Origin: Hyphomicrobiales bacterium
GTDB taxonomy: Bacteria; Pseudomonadota; Alphaproteobacteria; Rhizobiales; TMED25
DNA: 64,000 nucleotides
Direction of reading: 5' to 3'
Assembly (NCBI GenBank): GCA_038131735.1
Contig: JAYPPX010000001.1
Coordinates: 45,126 to 109,125, forward strand
Part shown: positions 30,353-43,380 of the stretch, one piece after another
Numbering within the stretch: the stretch's first letter is position 1
Layout of the letters: every line of letters starts with the position of its first letter
Position numbers and translations under genes: made by a program
Notes under the pieces: generated by a model
The model's database searches: none
The model's input: only the letters and a program-made list of their open reading frames with translations
What the model was told of the DNA's origin: nothing

Positions 30353-30679
30353 ATGAGTAAATCACCAACAAGACATTTTATTTACCAGAGAATTACAGCG
30401 GTATTAAATATTCCTTTATCTGTTTTTCTTCTCTATTTAATTTTTACAATACCAAGAATGTCTTATTTGGAAGTGTCAAGTCTATTTCAAAAACCCTTCA
30501 TAACCATTCTAACAGTAATTCTTATAATAAATTTCTCATATCACATGAAATTGGGAATGCAGATGATTATCGAGGATTATATTCACGGGGCTAATAATTT
30601 GAAAACAGCACTACTATTGAACAATATTGTTGTGTTAATCGTTATTATAGGGTCGATATATTCAGTTTTAACCATATAG
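30353..30679 (+). CDS. sdhD: Succinate dehydrogenase membrane anchor
   Basis: QRITA, HMKLGMQ.IIEDY; lies between sdhC and sdhA. Confidence 0.95.
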   Translation: MSKSPTRHFIYQRITAVLNIPLSVFLLYLIFTIPRMSYLEVSSLFQKPFITILTVILIINFSYHMKLGMQMIIEDYIHGANNLKTALLLNNIVVLIVIIGSIYSVLTI

Positions 30680-30712
30680 CTAAACGCTTTTAGGAAAAGG
30701 AATTTTTAGAGA

Positions 30713-32527
30713 ATGTCAAATACACACAACATAAACGGTAGGGAATATACATTCATAGACCATACATATGATGTGGTCGTTGTTGGAGCTGGTGGCGCTG
30801 GTCTAAGAGCCACTCTAGGTTGCTCCCAAGCGGGATTAAAAACAGCTTGTGTAACAAAATTATTTCCAACAAGGAGCCATACTGTTGCAGCTCAAGGCGG
30901 AGTTGCTGCTGCTTTGGGGAACATGGGTGAGGACGACTGGAAATGGCATATGTATGATACTGTAAAAGGAGCAGATTGGCTTGGTGACCAAGATGCAATA
31001 GAGTATTTGTGTAAAGAAGCCCCTCAAGCTGTGTATGAGTTAGAACATTTTGGATTACCATTTAGTAGACGTGAAGATGGTAAAATTTATCAGAGACCAT
31101 TCGGCGGTATGACAACTCATTACGGTGAAGGTATAGCGCAAAGAACATGCGCTGCAGCGGATAGAACTGGACACGCTATGCTCCATACTTTGTATGGGAA
31201 AGCTATAAGTCATTCAGCAGAGTTCTTTATAGAATATTTTGCGATTGATTTAATTATGGATGATAATGGTGCCTGTCTCGGGGTTGTGGCCTTATGCCTG
31301 GAAGATGGAACAATTCATCGTTTCCAAGCACAAAAAACCATACTTGCTACCGGTGGTTATGGTCGTGCATATTTCTCTGCAACATCAGCTCACTCTTGCA
31401 CAGGAGATGGGAATGCGATGGTTTTAAGGGCTGGATTACCTCTACAAGATATGGAGTTTGTACAATTTCATCCAACCGGGATTTATGGAGCAGGATGTTT
31501 AATAACAGAAGGATCCCGAGGTGAAGGGGGGTATTTAACTAATTCTGAAGGTGAACGTTTTATGGAAAGATACGCTCCATCTGCTAAAGACCTCGCAAGC
31601 AGAGACGTTGTATCAAGATCAATGACAATCGAAATAAGGGAAGGTAGAGGAGTTGGCAAAGATAAAGATCATATACATCTTCACTTAGAGCATCTAGCAC
31701 CAGAGGTGTTGGCAGAAAGGCTTCCAGGAATTTCAGAAACAGCAAAAATATTCTCAGGTGTCGATGTTACAAAAGAACCAATCCCTGTATTGCCAACCGT
31801 TCATTATAACATGGGAGGAATCCCAACAAATTTCCACGGTGAAGTGTTAACCAAAATTGGAGGCGATCCAGACTGTGTTGTCGAAGGTTTAATGGCAATC
31901 GGCGAGGCAGCTTGTGTTTCTGTACATGGTGCCAACAGGCTTGGATCGAACTCACTAATTGATTTGGTGGTTTTTGGAAGAGCTGCTGGACTTCGAGCTG
32001 CTGATACAACAACCCCAAATGCTAATCAACAACCACTTCCTGCAAATGCTGGTGTTAATGCATTGGAAAGACTAGATAAATTTAGATACGCTGATGGTAG
32101 TACCTCAACTTCAAAACTTAGATCAGATATGCAAAGAATTATGCAAAATAACTGCGCAGTATTCAGAACGGGTGAAGTATTAGAAGAAGGACAAAAACTA
32201 ATCAATAAAACATGGCATGGATTAGACGATATTAAGATTAGTGATAGATCACTTGTATGGAATACTGATCTAATAGAAGCTCTTGAGTGGGATAATCTAA
32301 TAGTTCAGTCAGTAGTAACTGTTGAAAGTGCTGCAAACAGAAAAGAAAGTAGAGGATCACATGCCAGGGAAGATTACACTGAAAGAGATGATAAGAATTG
32401 GATGAAGCATACTCTAGCTTGGATAGATAACGATAAAAGAACGACAACTATAGATTATCGACCGGTTCATGAATACACTCTCAGTAATGAAGTTTCATAT
32501 ATACCGCCAAAAGAAAGAGTTTATTAA
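30713..32527 (+). CDS. sdhA: Succinate dehydrogenase flavoprotein
   Basis: [29 protein letters not shown]. Confidence 0.99.
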   Translation: MSNTHNINGREYTFIDHTYDVVVVGAGGAGLRATLGCSQAGLKTACVTKLFPTRSHTVAAQGGVAAALGNMGEDDWKWHMYDTVKGADWLGDQDAIEYLCKEAPQAVYELEHFGLPFSRREDGKIYQRPFGGMTTHYGEGIAQRTCAAADRTGHAMLHTLYGKAISHSAEFFIEYFAIDLIMDDNGACLGVVALCLEDGTIHRFQAQKTILATGGYGRAYFSATSAHSCTGDGNAMVLRAGLPLQDMEFVQFHPTGIYGAGCLITEGSRGEGGYLTNSEGERFMERYAPSAKDLASRDVVSRSMTIEIREGRGVGKDKDHIHLHLEHLAPEVLAERLPGISETAKIFSGVDVTKEPIPVLPTVHYNMGGIPTNFHGEVLTKIGGDPDCVVEGLMAIGEAACVSVHGANRLGSNSLIDLVVFGRAAGLRAADTTTPNANQQPLPANAGVNALERLDKFRYADGSTSTSKLRSDMQRIMQNNCAVFRTGEVLEEGQKLINKTWHGLDDIKISDRSLVWNTDLIEALEWDNLIVQSVVTVESAANRKESRGSHAREDYTERDDKNWMKHTLAWIDNDKRTTTIDYRPVHEYTLSNEVSYIPPKERVY

Positions 32528-32536
32528 GGAAAGATT

Positions 32537-33328
32537 ATGGTTGAATTAGCATTACCTAGAAATTCTAAAATCACAGAAGGAAAAAAGTGGCCCCAGCCTG
32601 AAAATCAAAATAATATTCGTGAATTCAAGGTTTATCGTTGGAATCCAGAAGATGACAAAAACCCATCAATGGATACCTACTACCTAGATACAGAAGATTG
32701 TGGTCCTATGGTTTTGGATGCATTAATGAAGATCAAAAGTGATATAGATACATCACTTACTTTCAGGCGATCATGCCGTGAGGGAGTTTGTGGATCTTGT
32801 GCAATGAACATTGATGGAGTAAATAGATTAGCTTGCACGACTGCAATTGAAGATATAAAAGGTGCAGTTAATATTTACCCATTACCTCATCAAAAAGTTA
32901 TTAAAGATCTTGTGCCAGATCTAAAAAATTTTTTTGATCAACATAGATCGGTTGAACCATGGCTTCATACAAAAAATGAAGAACCAAAAGAGGAATGGCT
33001 ACAATCAAAAGAAGATAGAGAACAATTAGATGGTCTATATGAATGTATTATGTGTGCATGCTGCTCCACTTCTTGCCCAAGCTATTGGTGGAATTCAGAT
33101 AAATATCTGGGTCCAGCAGCTCTACTTCAAGCATACCGTTGGATAATTGATAGTAGAGATGATGAACGGGAAGCAAGGCTTGATAAATTGGAAGACCCTT
33201 TCAAACTTTACAGATGTCATACTATTATGAACTGCGCAAAAGCTTGTCCAAAAGGACTGAACCCAGCTAAAGCAATTGCAAGCATTAAAAAGATGATGGT
33301 TGAAAGAAGAGTATCTAAGCAGGCTTAA
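32537..33328 (+). CDS. sdhB: Succinate dehydrogenase iron-sulfur subunit
   Basis: [34 protein letters not shown]. Confidence 0.99.
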   Translation: MVELALPRNSKITEGKKWPQPENQNNIREFKVYRWNPEDDKNPSMDTYYLDTEDCGPMVLDALMKIKSDIDTSLTFRRSCREGVCGSCAMNIDGVNRLACTTAIEDIKGAVNIYPLPHQKVIKDLVPDLKNFFDQHRSVEPWLHTKNEEPKEEWLQSKEDREQLDGLYECIMCACCSTSCPSYWWNSDKYLGPAALLQAYRWIIDSRDDEREARLDKLEDPFKLYRCHTIMNCAKACPKGLNPAKAIASIKKMMVERRVSKQA

Positions 33329-33331
33329 TAA

Positions 33332-33517
33332 CTATTTCTCTTCTTTAGGTTCGAGGATTTGTTTTCCCCTATACATTCCTGTTTTTAGGTCGAGATGATG
33401 CGGTCTGTGCAGTTCGCCTGTTGACTTATCTTCAACATATGCTTCACCTTTTAGAAAGTCAGTAGATCTACGCATACCTCTTTTTGATTTTGTCACCTTA
33501 CTTCTTGGGACTGCCAT
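33332..33517 (-). CDS. rpmF: 50S ribosomal protein L32 (zinc-free alphaproteobacterial type)
   Basis: [18 protein letters not shown]...GELHRPHH...GMYRG. Confidence 0.96.
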   Translation of the reverse strand: MAVPRSKVTKSKRGMRRSTDFLKGEAYVEDKSTGELHRPHHLDLKTGMYRGKQILEPKEEK

Positions 33518-33641
33518 AATCAATATCTCCGTTATAAATTTTAATTAAGATTAATTACATATACATATTCATTTATTATTTGTCATCATTTATATATATT
33601 AAAATTAACTTTTTTAATTAATTTAGAACAATGAATTGGTA

Positions 33642-34520
33642 ATGAGTGTTTTGAAAAACTATAACGAAATTATTACAGATTTAGATAATTATATGATCGA
33701 GTTGCTAGATAACTCGGAATATCCTAAGCAGTTAGTTGATCCAATAAAATATATATTTATTGGAAAGGGAAAAAGAATTAGAGCTATTTTGCTGGTTGAG
33801 ATTTGTGAGCTTTTTGAATTATCATATATAGATATACGCGATGTAGCATTAGCCATTGAATGTATCCATACTTATTCGCTTATACATGATGATTTACCTG
33901 CGATGGATGATGATGACTATAGGCGTGGGCAGCTCACATTACATAAAAAATATGATGAAGCAACAGCAATATTAGTTGGAGATGCACTAATATCACTTGC
34001 ATTTGAGTTGCTAGCTACACCAAGCGATAAAATAGACAACGAATGTGCACTAAATTTGGTAAACAAACTTGCAAAATGTAGTGGCTTGGGTGGCATGGTT
34101 GGAGGACAAATTTTAGATCTAAAAATTAGCAGTTCAACCGCATCCATTGATTTGGTAAATAACATGCAACAAATGAAAACTGGAGCATTATTTCATTTTG
34201 CATGTCTTGCAGGTCCCATAATTAGAGGAAATGATGCCGATAAAAGGATATTTGCCCAATTTGCAGACTTATTTGGTTCAATATTTCAAATTAGTGATGA
34301 TCTTATTGATATCGAGTCTACTTTATCGGAGGCTGGTAAAAATGTTAATAAAGATAAGGAAAAAGATAAATATACACTAATAGAATTTCTAGGGGTTGAT
34401 GGAGCGAAGGCGAAAATAGCGCAGCATTTAGAGGATGTACGGATTTTATTACATGATTATGGTGTAAAATCAGAAAAAATCATTCATTTGTGCCAGGAGT
34501 TAGTTGATAGAAGATCATAG
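33642..34520 (+). CDS. ispA: Farnesyl diphosphate synthase (polyprenyl synthetase)
   Basis: GKR.R, SLIHDDLPAMDDDDYRRG, GQ.LD, KTG, FQISDDLID. Confidence 0.92.
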   Translation: MSVLKNYNEIITDLDNYMIELLDNSEYPKQLVDPIKYIFIGKGKRIRAILLVEICELFELSYIDIRDVALAIECIHTYSLIHDDLPAMDDDDYRRGQLTLHKKYDEATAILVGDALISLAFELLATPSDKIDNECALNLVNKLAKCSGLGGMVGGQILDLKISSSTASIDLVNNMQQMKTGALFHFACLAGPIIRGNDADKRIFAQFADLFGSIFQISDDLIDIESTLSEAGKNVNKDKEKDKYTLIEFLGVDGAKAKIAQHLEDVRILLHDYGVKSEKIIHLCQELVDRRS

Positions 34521-35372
34521 GATTAAATTATCAATAAGCCTTGTAGTTCCTAATTTTGTTGCAATTAATAGGATATATTTATCTTTCCCCGGTTGATATT
34601 CATTACACACTTCTAAATTAGTGAGTGTTCTTAATTCGAGATATTCAACCTCAAAACCAATAGAGTTTAATCTGTCAATTTCTAATTGTATGGATTGTGA
34701 AATATCATTATTAATTTTATTAAGGTTATCTTTTATTTTTTCTAATGAGGCATATATTTCAGAAGCTAACCTGTTGTTTTCAGCACTTAAATAGCTATTT
34801 CTTGAAGATAAAGCTAAGCCGTTACTCTCGCGAATAATTGGAGATAAAATCAAATCCACTTCCATAAAAAGATTTTCTACCATATTTTTTATTAAAATGA
34901 ATTGTTGGTAATCTTTTTGTCCAAAAATTGCAATATCTGGTTGTATTATATTAAATAGTTTGTTCACAACTAAAAGTACGCCATTGAAATGCCCAGGTCT
35001 TTTTTTTCCACATAAGTCATTCATAAGTTTCGGGTTATCAATTATTATTTCTGAGCTGATATGAGATGGGTATATTGAATTCATTTCAGGGCAAAAAACT
35101 AGGTCAACCCCTTCTTTTTCAAGTAATTCGAGATCATTTTTTAATGTTCTTGGGTATTGATTGAAATCTTCTGATGGGCCAAATTGTCTCGGATTAACAA
35201 AAATTGAAACAATTATCTTTGTTGCACCATTTTTTTTTAAATTTCTAACTAAACTCAGATGTCCATCATGGAGATTACCCATTGTAGGAGCAAATCCAAT
35301 AGTATTTCCATCTTCTTTCCATTGTATGATCTGATCTCTCAATGGATTTATATTATCAGAGAATATCTGCAT
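34515..35372 (-). CDS. panC: Pantoate--beta-alanine ligase
   Basis: PTMGNLHDGH, SIFVNP.QF, RPGHF.GV, FGQKDYQQ, GLALSSRN, RLIDN. Confidence 0.97.
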   Translation of the reverse strand: MQIFSDNINPLRDQIIQWKEDGNTIGFAPTMGNLHDGHLSLVRNLKKNGATKIIVSIFVNPRQFGPSEDFNQYPRTLKNDLELLEKEGVDLVFCPEMNSIYPSHISSEIIIDNPKLMNDLCGKKRPGHFNGVLLVVNKLFNIIQPDIAIFGQKDYQQFILIKNMVENLFMEVDLILSPIIRESNGLALSSRNSYLSAENNRLASEIYASLEKIKDNLNKINNDISQSIQLEIDRLNSIGFEVEYLELRTLTNLEVCNEYQPGKDKYILLIATKLGTTRLIDNLIL

Positions 35373-36187
35373 TATTTGAATGTATGTTCTGGTGCTGGGT
35401 AACTTTTGGTTTTAACCGCATTAATATACTCCATAACAGCTTCCTGGATAGTATTTTGACCAGTCATAAAATTTTTAGAAAACTTTGGTAATTTCCCCGG
35501 TGTTATTCCAAGAATATCATATAAGACCAATATTTGACCATCTACGTCTGGTCCTGCTCCGATACCTATAATCGGAATTTTGATTTCTGATGAGACCATC
35601 TTTGCTGTAGAAGATGAAACACACTCAAGAAGCAAAATATCAGCTCCTGACGCTTCTATTTTTTTTGCCTCTTCAATAAGTTTTTTAGCATCAGAATCCT
35701 CTTTTCCTTGCACCTTATAGCCACCCATTTTATTAACTGATTGAGGCCTTAAACCAATATGCGCACATATAGGAATATCCGACATTGCTAGTTTCTCAAT
35801 AATATTAATTTGGGATTGGTTTCCTTCGAGTTTTATCATTTGTGCTCCGCCATCTTGCATAAGTTTTTTAGCATTTTCCATGGCGATATCAGGATTATAA
35901 AAACTCATAAAAGGCATATCCGAAATAAGAAAAGAGTAATTTAATGAGGATGATACAATTTTAGAGTGGTAGATCATATCTTCTATCTTTACAGGTACGG
36001 TTGTTTTGTGTCCTTGTACAACCATTCCCAGTGAGTCTCCAACTAAGATTATCTCAGTTCCAGATTGATCAAGTAGGTGGGCAAAAGTAGCATCATACGC
36101 AGTTAAGCAAGCAATTTTCTCACCTTTTTGTTTAAGTTCTTTAATTGTATTTAATGTTATAGATTTTAACTGCTTACCATCATACAT
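35372..36187 (-). CDS. panB: 3-methyl-2-oxobutanoate hydroxymethyltransferase
   Basis: LTAYD, LVGDSLG, DMPFMS, KLEG, IGIGAG..DGQILV. The ATG at 36187 follows the ispG stop; the longer ORF-track start overlaps ispG. Confidence 0.97.
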   Translation of the reverse strand: MYDGKQLKSITLNTIKELKQKGEKIACLTAYDATFAHLLDQSGTEIILVGDSLGMVVQGHKTTVPVKIEDMIYHSKIVSSSLNYSFLISDMPFMSFYNPDIAMENAKKLMQDGGAQMIKLEGNQSQINIIEKLAMSDIPICAHIGLRPQSVNKMGGYKVQGKEDSDAKKLIEEAKKIEASGADILLLECVSSSTAKMVSSEIKIPIIGIGAGPDVDGQILVLYDILGITPGKLPKFSKNFMTGQNTIQEAVMEYINAVKTKSYPAPEHTFK

Positions 36188-36188
36188 A

Positions 36189-37415
36189 TTACGCACCCAG
36201 TGACTTCTTCGAATATTTTTGTTGAATGTAATTATACAGAATTTTTTTAAATTCATCTGCTATATTTTTACCGCGTAGCACTTTGTGCTTTTCTCCATCA
36301 ATAAATACTGGAGCTGCTGGCTCTTCACCTGTTCCAGGAAGTGATATTCCAATATTTGCATGTTTTGACTCTCCAGGACCATTAACAATACAGCCCATCA
36401 CTGCAACTTTTAAACTATCTACACCATTATATTCCTTTTTCCATTTTGGCATTTGTTCGGATATGTAATCTTCAATATCAATTGCTAATTCTTGAAATAC
36501 TGTAGAAGTCGTTCTACCACATCCCGGACAAGCAACAACATCTGGCCTATATGATTTGATATTGAGAGACTGCAATATTTCCTTTGCAACGCGTACTTCT
36601 TCTCTTCTGTCTTCATTAGGTTTTGGGGTAAGGGAAACTCTGATAGTGTCTCCAATATTTTTATTAAGCAGAATAGAAATTGCTGACACAGAAGATACAA
36701 TACCCTTAATACCCATTCCTGCTTCAGTCAGTCCTAAATGAAGTGGATAATTGGTTTGATTATATAGGTCTTCGTATACTCTAACCAATTCGCTTACGTC
36801 ACTCACCTTTGCAGAAAGAATAATTTTTGATGAATCTAAACCAATTTCTTCCGCTCTATTTGCTGAGTAAATAACTGATTTAACAAGCGCATCACGCAAT
36901 ACTTCTGTAGAGCTTTTTTTGACTTCAAGCTTATTATTTTCATTCATGAGCGTAGTCAGTAATTCTTGATCTATACTACCCCAATTTGCGCCGATCCTGA
37001 TGGGCTTTTCATACTTGCAAGCCATTTCAATGATTTCAGAAAATTGTTTATCTTTTTTATTTTTAAAACCAACATTCCCTGGATTTATTCGATATTTATC
37101 CAAGCTCTGCGCGCAATCAGGGAAATCTTTTAAAAGTTTATGGCCAATATAATGAAAATCACCAACAAGAGGGATTGAATAGTTTTTCTTTGATAAACTC
37201 TCTTTTATATATGGAACAGCTTTTGCGGCAGCATCTCTGTCTACAGTAATTCTAACTATTTCAGATCCTTCTTCGTAGAGATCAATAATTTGTTGAGTTG
37301 TTTTTGATACATCAGCTGTATCGGTATTTGTCATTGATTGAATAACAACTGGTTCACCACCACCGATTGACACATTACCGACTTTTACAATAATCGATTT
37401 TGGTTTTACACTCAT
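36189..37415 (-). CDS. ispG: Flavodoxin-dependent (E)-4-hydroxy-3-methylbut-2-enyl diphosphate synthase
   Basis: [41 protein letters not shown]. Confidence 0.97.
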   Translation of the reverse strand: MSVKPKSIIVKVGNVSIGGGEPVVIQSMTNTDTADVSKTTQQIIDLYEEGSEIVRITVDRDAAAKAVPYIKESLSKKNYSIPLVGDFHYIGHKLLKDFPDCAQSLDKYRINPGNVGFKNKKDKQFSEIIEMACKYEKPIRIGANWGSIDQELLTTLMNENNKLEVKKSSTEVLRDALVKSVIYSANRAEEIGLDSSKIILSAKVSDVSELVRVYEDLYNQTNYPLHLGLTEAGMGIKGIVSSVSAISILLNKNIGDTIRVSLTPKPNEDRREEVRVAKEILQSLNIKSYRPDVVACPGCGRTTSTVFQELAIDIEDYISEQMPKWKKEYNGVDSLKVAVMGCIVNGPGESKHANIGISLPGTGEEPAAPVFIDGEKHKVLRGKNIADEFKKILYNYIQQKYSKKSLGA

Positions 37416-37521
37416 GATCACAGCTAAGTTTCTTATTTAGGTTAAATATATACGAATTAATGAATAAAAAAAGTACTCAATTGTAATAGATTTTCAAAAT
37501 AATTTCAGTTTTAAGTATGGA

Positions 37522-38034
37522 TTAATTAAAAATTCTCTGAAACTTAGCAGGAATTCTATCTTTAGATTTAAGCATAAAATAAATCAGCAAACTATATAAC
37601 AAGGTAGACAAGATAGTATTTGTAGCAAATGGGATTGCCATGATATATGCAGTGATTAGACCATTAAAAGTATATCCATAGTAACCTGTTGTCCAAAATC
37701 CAAAGTTTGTGACAATAAAAAATACTAAGCAAGATGCAAGTGACATTGCGGAAACATTTAGGAGGTTAAATCTCCTAAGTAAAAGATAACTTGATAGAGA
37801 TATTACAATAAATGATAGGTATATCCATATCATGTAGCTATAAAATCCAATAAGGATATCAGATAGGAAAATTGCAAATAGAGGAATTGCAGTTCCTATA
37901 AATTTATTATTAGTAATCATTGGTAAGGTGACAGCAATAGCCAAAACTGGTGTAAAATTAGGTGGATGGGGTATTATTCTGCTAATTGCTAGAATGATTA
38001 CAGTGTAAAAAATTATTCCAAGTATTCTCATCAC
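37522..38034 (-). CDS. DUF6580-like putative transport membrane protein (ECF S-component-like)
   Basis: R.IPHPPNFTP, SD..IG, FF.VTNF..W, Y..AIPF..N; about 5-6 TMs. Confidence 0.72.
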   Translation of the reverse strand: MMRILGIIFYTVIILAISRIIPHPPNFTPVLAIAVTLPMITNNKFIGTAIPLFAIFLSDILIGFYSYMIWIYLSFIVISLSSYLLLRRFNLLNVSAMSLASCLVFFIVTNFGFWTTGYYGYTFNGLITAYIMAIPFATNTILSTLLYSLLIYFMLKSKDRIPAKFQRIFN

Positions 38035-38234
38035 AATTCACATTGCGATAAAACCATGACGCTGTCAAGAACTTCACCGAACTGACGAGGTTCATAAACG
38101 GAATTATTGTCTATGAGGAATAATTTTTTCTATATAACAGAGAATGTCCTAAAAAATAGTTCAATAAGAGAAAATTTATTTGGTTCGTTCGCTGAAATAA
38201 TCAATAATAACATTGACTTAAAATGGGGAAAATA

Positions 38235-38783
38235 ATGATTTATGAATATCAAGGGAAGAGACCACAAATCAATAAGAACAGTTGGGTAGCAGAGAATGCA
38301 GTAATTATTGGTAATGTAGTTTTAGAAGAAGAAGTAAGTATTTGGTGGAATGCTGTATTAAGAGGAGATAATGAACCTATCGTCATTGGAAAAGGTTCAA
38401 ACATACAAGATGGATCAGTTGCGCATACAGATCCCGGGTATGGACTCCACATTGGAACTAACGTAACAGTTGGTCATATGGCAATGATACATGGATGCAC
38501 AATTGGCGATAACTCATTAATTGGGATAGGAGCTATTGTCTTAAATGGCGCTAAGATTGGGAAGGGATGCTTGATTGGAGCAAATTCATTTATTCCTGAG
38601 AAGAGAGAAATACCAGATAATTCCATTGTACTTGGTGCTCCTGGCAAGATAATTGGTGAAGTACAGGATAAACATAAAGCGATGATGGAACGCGCACAAA
38701 AAAGCTATGTAAGAAGATCATACTTATACAAATCAGAGCTAGTTGATATCTCAGATGATTTCAGTTTTATTAAATTGGATTGA
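38235..38783 (+). CDS. Gamma carbonic anhydrase family (YrdA/CaiE-like) protein
   Basis: Hexapeptide repeats, LRGD, SNIQDG..H, VTVGH...HGC (three Zn-binding His). Start at 38223 or 38235. Confidence 0.92.
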   Translation: MIYEYQGKRPQINKNSWVAENAVIIGNVVLEEEVSIWWNAVLRGDNEPIVIGKGSNIQDGSVAHTDPGYGLHIGTNVTVGHMAMIHGCTIGDNSLIGIGAIVLNGAKIGKGCLIGANSFIPEKREIPDNSIVLGAPGKIIGEVQDKHKAMMERAQKSYVRRSYLYKSELVDISDDFSFIKLD

Positions 38784-38808
38784 AATTTCAAAAAATCTGT
38801 AATACATT
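38780..38808 (+). promoter_or_regulatory. Putative sigma70 promoter of the 72-aa gene
   Basis: TTGAAA (38780-38785), 17-nt spacer, TACATT (38803-38808). Confidence 0.45.
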
Positions 38809-38841
38809 TAGGTAGCAATTTTTTTAATTAGGGAGGTAGCT

Positions 38842-39060
38842 ATGAATAACAAATTAGTAATTGGGGTTGTTGTTGCTGTTGTTGTAGCTGTGGCAGCGTA
38901 TTTCATTATGCAAAATGCCGGTACTGATAGATCAGCCGACTCAGGAACTGGCGGGGTGTTGATGAGAACAAACCAAACTGATGGACCAGTCGAAATCGGC
39001 AGCAAAACTGTAGATATTGAAATACTTAATGAATTCGAGACTTACGGTCAAGCATTCTAG
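38842..39060 (+). CDS. Small single-pass membrane or exported protein, unknown function
   Basis: Strong SD (AGGGAGGT) before the ATG, N-terminal hydrophobic helix, downstream intrinsic terminator. Confidence 0.8.
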   Translation: MNNKLVIGVVVAVVVAVAAYFIMQNAGTDRSADSGTGGVLMRTNQTDGPVEIGSKTVDIEILNEFETYGQAF

Positions 39061-39087
39061 AATTATTTTATTTAGGGTTTATAACTT

Positions 39088-39115
39088 AAAAGGGCTACTC
39101 AGTAGCCCTTTTTTT
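39088..39115 (+). terminator. Rho-independent terminator
   Basis: AAAAGGGCTAC-TCA-GTAGCCCTTTT followed by more T: perfect stem plus U-tract. Confidence 0.9.
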
Positions 39116-39135
39116 GTGACTACAAACAAGATAAG

Positions 39136-39163
39136 CTTGTAATATACTCACAAACAACTATAT
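39136..39163 (+). promoter_or_regulatory. Putative alphaproteobacterial sigma70 promoter for zapE-mdh-sucCD
   Basis: CTTGTA-N16-CTATAT, resembling the CTTGAC-N17-CTATAT consensus. Confidence 0.4.
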
Positions 39164-39200
39164 GTAATCAAAAATCATTGATCAGCTTGGCACATACATC

Positions 39201-41305
<2,105 letters not shown>

Positions 41306-41332
41306 GCAATAGCAAATTAACATCATAAATCT

Positions 41333-42505
41333 ATGAACATTCACGAACATCAAGCTAAAGAATTACTCAAACAATTCAATGTACCCGTTTTGAATGGTTT
41401 TGTTGCTTATAATGAAAAGGAACTAGACAAGCAAATAGATACATTGAAAGGTCCTATTTGGGTTGTTAAAGCTCAAATTCATGCAGGTGGGCGTGGAAAA
41501 GGTGGTGGAGTAAAAGTTGTCAACAGCATTGAAGACGTTCATGAAGCATTTAATAATATGATGGGCATGAATCTGGTTACCAAACAGACTGGTTCAGAAG
41601 GTAAGGAAGTTAAAAGAATATATATAGAAGATGGCTGTAAGATAAAAGAGGAGTTCTATTTATCCTATCTTATCGACAGAAAAACAAAATCCATCTGTCT
41701 AATTGCCTCCTCTGAGGGTGGTATGGATATCGAAGAAGTAGCGGAAAAAACTCCTCATAAAATTGCTAAAATATTCATTGATCCAGCAACAAATAAATTA
41801 TCAAAAGATGATGTAAGCAAAGCTTCAGATATTTTGAATCTTGAGGAAACCCAATTTGATCAGTTAAATGAAATTTTAAGTAACATACTAAAGTTATTCA
41901 TAGAAAAAGATGCAAGTTTAATTGAGATTAATCCTTTTGTCCTTACAGAAGATAATCAATTTCTTTGCCTTGATGCAAAAATGAACTTTGACTCGAATGC
42001 ACTTTTTAGACATGAAGAAATATTAGCTTTAAGGGATCTAAGTGAAGAAGAGCCTTTGGAAATTGAAGCATCAAAGCATGGTCTAAACTATATAAAATTA
42101 GATGGCTCTATTGGGTGTATGGTCAATGGAGCCGGATTAGCAATGGCCACCATGGACATCATAAAGCTTTACGGAGAAAAGCCTGCAAATTTTCTTGATG
42201 TTGGAGGTGGAGCAACAAAAGAACAAGTGATGAATGCTTTCAAAATTATCTTAAGTGATGAAAGCGTAAAAGGCATTCTCGTAAATATATTTGGTGGTAT
42301 CATGCGCTGTGAAATTATTGCTCAGGGTATAATTGATACAGCGAATGAACTAAATCTATCAATACCTCTTGTTGTTAGATTGGAGGGTACAAATGTTGAA
42401 TTGGGCAAAAAATATCTTGATGAGTCAGGATTAAATATAATTTCAGCAAACGATTTAGACGATGCTGCAAAGAAAATTGTAAACGCTGTATCGAAAGGTA
42501 ATTAA
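41333..42505 (+). CDS. sucC: Succinyl-CoA synthetase beta subunit
   Basis: [47 protein letters not shown]. Confidence 0.98.
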   Translation: MNIHEHQAKELLKQFNVPVLNGFVAYNEKELDKQIDTLKGPIWVVKAQIHAGGRGKGGGVKVVNSIEDVHEAFNNMMGMNLVTKQTGSEGKEVKRIYIEDGCKIKEEFYLSYLIDRKTKSICLIASSEGGMDIEEVAEKTPHKIAKIFIDPATNKLSKDDVSKASDILNLEETQFDQLNEILSNILKLFIEKDASLIEINPFVLTEDNQFLCLDAKMNFDSNALFRHEEILALRDLSEEEPLEIEASKHGLNYIKLDGSIGCMVNGAGLAMATMDIIKLYGEKPANFLDVGGGATKEQVMNAFKIILSDESVKGILVNIFGGIMRCEIIAQGIIDTANELNLSIPLVVRLEGTNVELGKKYLDESGLNIISANDLDDAAKKIVNAVSKGN

Positions 42506-43374
42506 TGTCAATTTTAGTTGATAGAAATACAAAAGTTATATGCCAAGGATTTACTGGGAAGCATGGGACATTCCATTCACAGCAAGCAATAGAATATGGA
42601 ACAAAATTAGTTGGCGGAGTTACTCCTGGCAAAGGAGGAAGTGTTCATTTGGATTTACCTGTTTTTGATACTGTTGCTGATGCTGTTTCAAAAACTGGCG
42701 CTAATGCAACCTCCATCTATGTACCTCCAAAATTTGCAGCATCAGCAATTCTTGATGCAATAAAAGCTGAAATTGAAATAATTGTCTGCATTACAGAAGG
42801 TATACCTGTACTAGATATGCTAGAGGTGAGAGCTGCGCTTGAAAAATCAAAATCAACATTGATTGGTCCGAACTGTCCAGGAATAATTACACCAGAAGAG
42901 TGCAAAATTGGTATCATGCCTGGGCATATCCATAAATCTGGATCAGTTGGAATTGTATCTCGCTCAGGGACTCTTACATATGAGGCGGTTGCGCAGACTA
43001 CAGCTGTTGGTTATGGTCAATCTACATGTGTAGGAATTGGTGGTGACCCTATAAAGGGGATTGACTTTATAGAAGTTATTGAGAAATTTAATTCTGATGA
43101 TAAAACCGAAGCAATAATAATGATTGGTGAAATTGGTGGTTCTGCTGAAGAAGATGCAGCTGAGTTCATAAAAAATAGTAAGATTAAGAAGCCGATGGTT
43201 GGGTTTATTGCTGGAGTCACAGCACCTCCTGGACGTAGAATGGGTCATGCAGGGGCGATTGTTGATGGAGCTTCTGGATCAGCTGAAACAAAAATTGAAG
43301 CAATGAAAAGTGCTGGTATTGTGATGGCAGAATCACCAGCAATGCTTGGCACAACTCTAAAAAAAATACGATAA
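42505..43374 (+). CDS. sucD: Succinyl-CoA synthetase alpha subunit
   Basis: [22 protein letters not shown] (phospho-His). Confidence 0.98.
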   Translation: MSILVDRNTKVICQGFTGKHGTFHSQQAIEYGTKLVGGVTPGKGGSVHLDLPVFDTVADAVSKTGANATSIYVPPKFAASAILDAIKAEIEIIVCITEGIPVLDMLEVRAALEKSKSTLIGPNCPGIITPEECKIGIMPGHIHKSGSVGIVSRSGTLTYEAVAQTTAVGYGQSTCVGIGGDPIKGIDFIEVIEKFNSDDKTEAIIMIGEIGGSAEEDAAEFIKNSKIKKPMVGFIAGVTAPPGRRMGHAGAIVDGASGSAETKIEAMKSAGIVMAESPAMLGTTLKKIR

Positions 43375-43380
43375 TTTCTT

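Noticed and set aside
36188-36256. N-terminal extension of panB in the ORF track
   Set aside because: It overlaps the ispG 3' end; the ATG at 36187 directly after the ispG stop gives a normal-length PanB.
38082-38104. Hammerhead ribozyme core (CTGACGA...GAA)
   Set aside because: Stem II lacks the G-C closing pair, GAAA reads GAAT, and I found no stems I/III or cleavage triplet.
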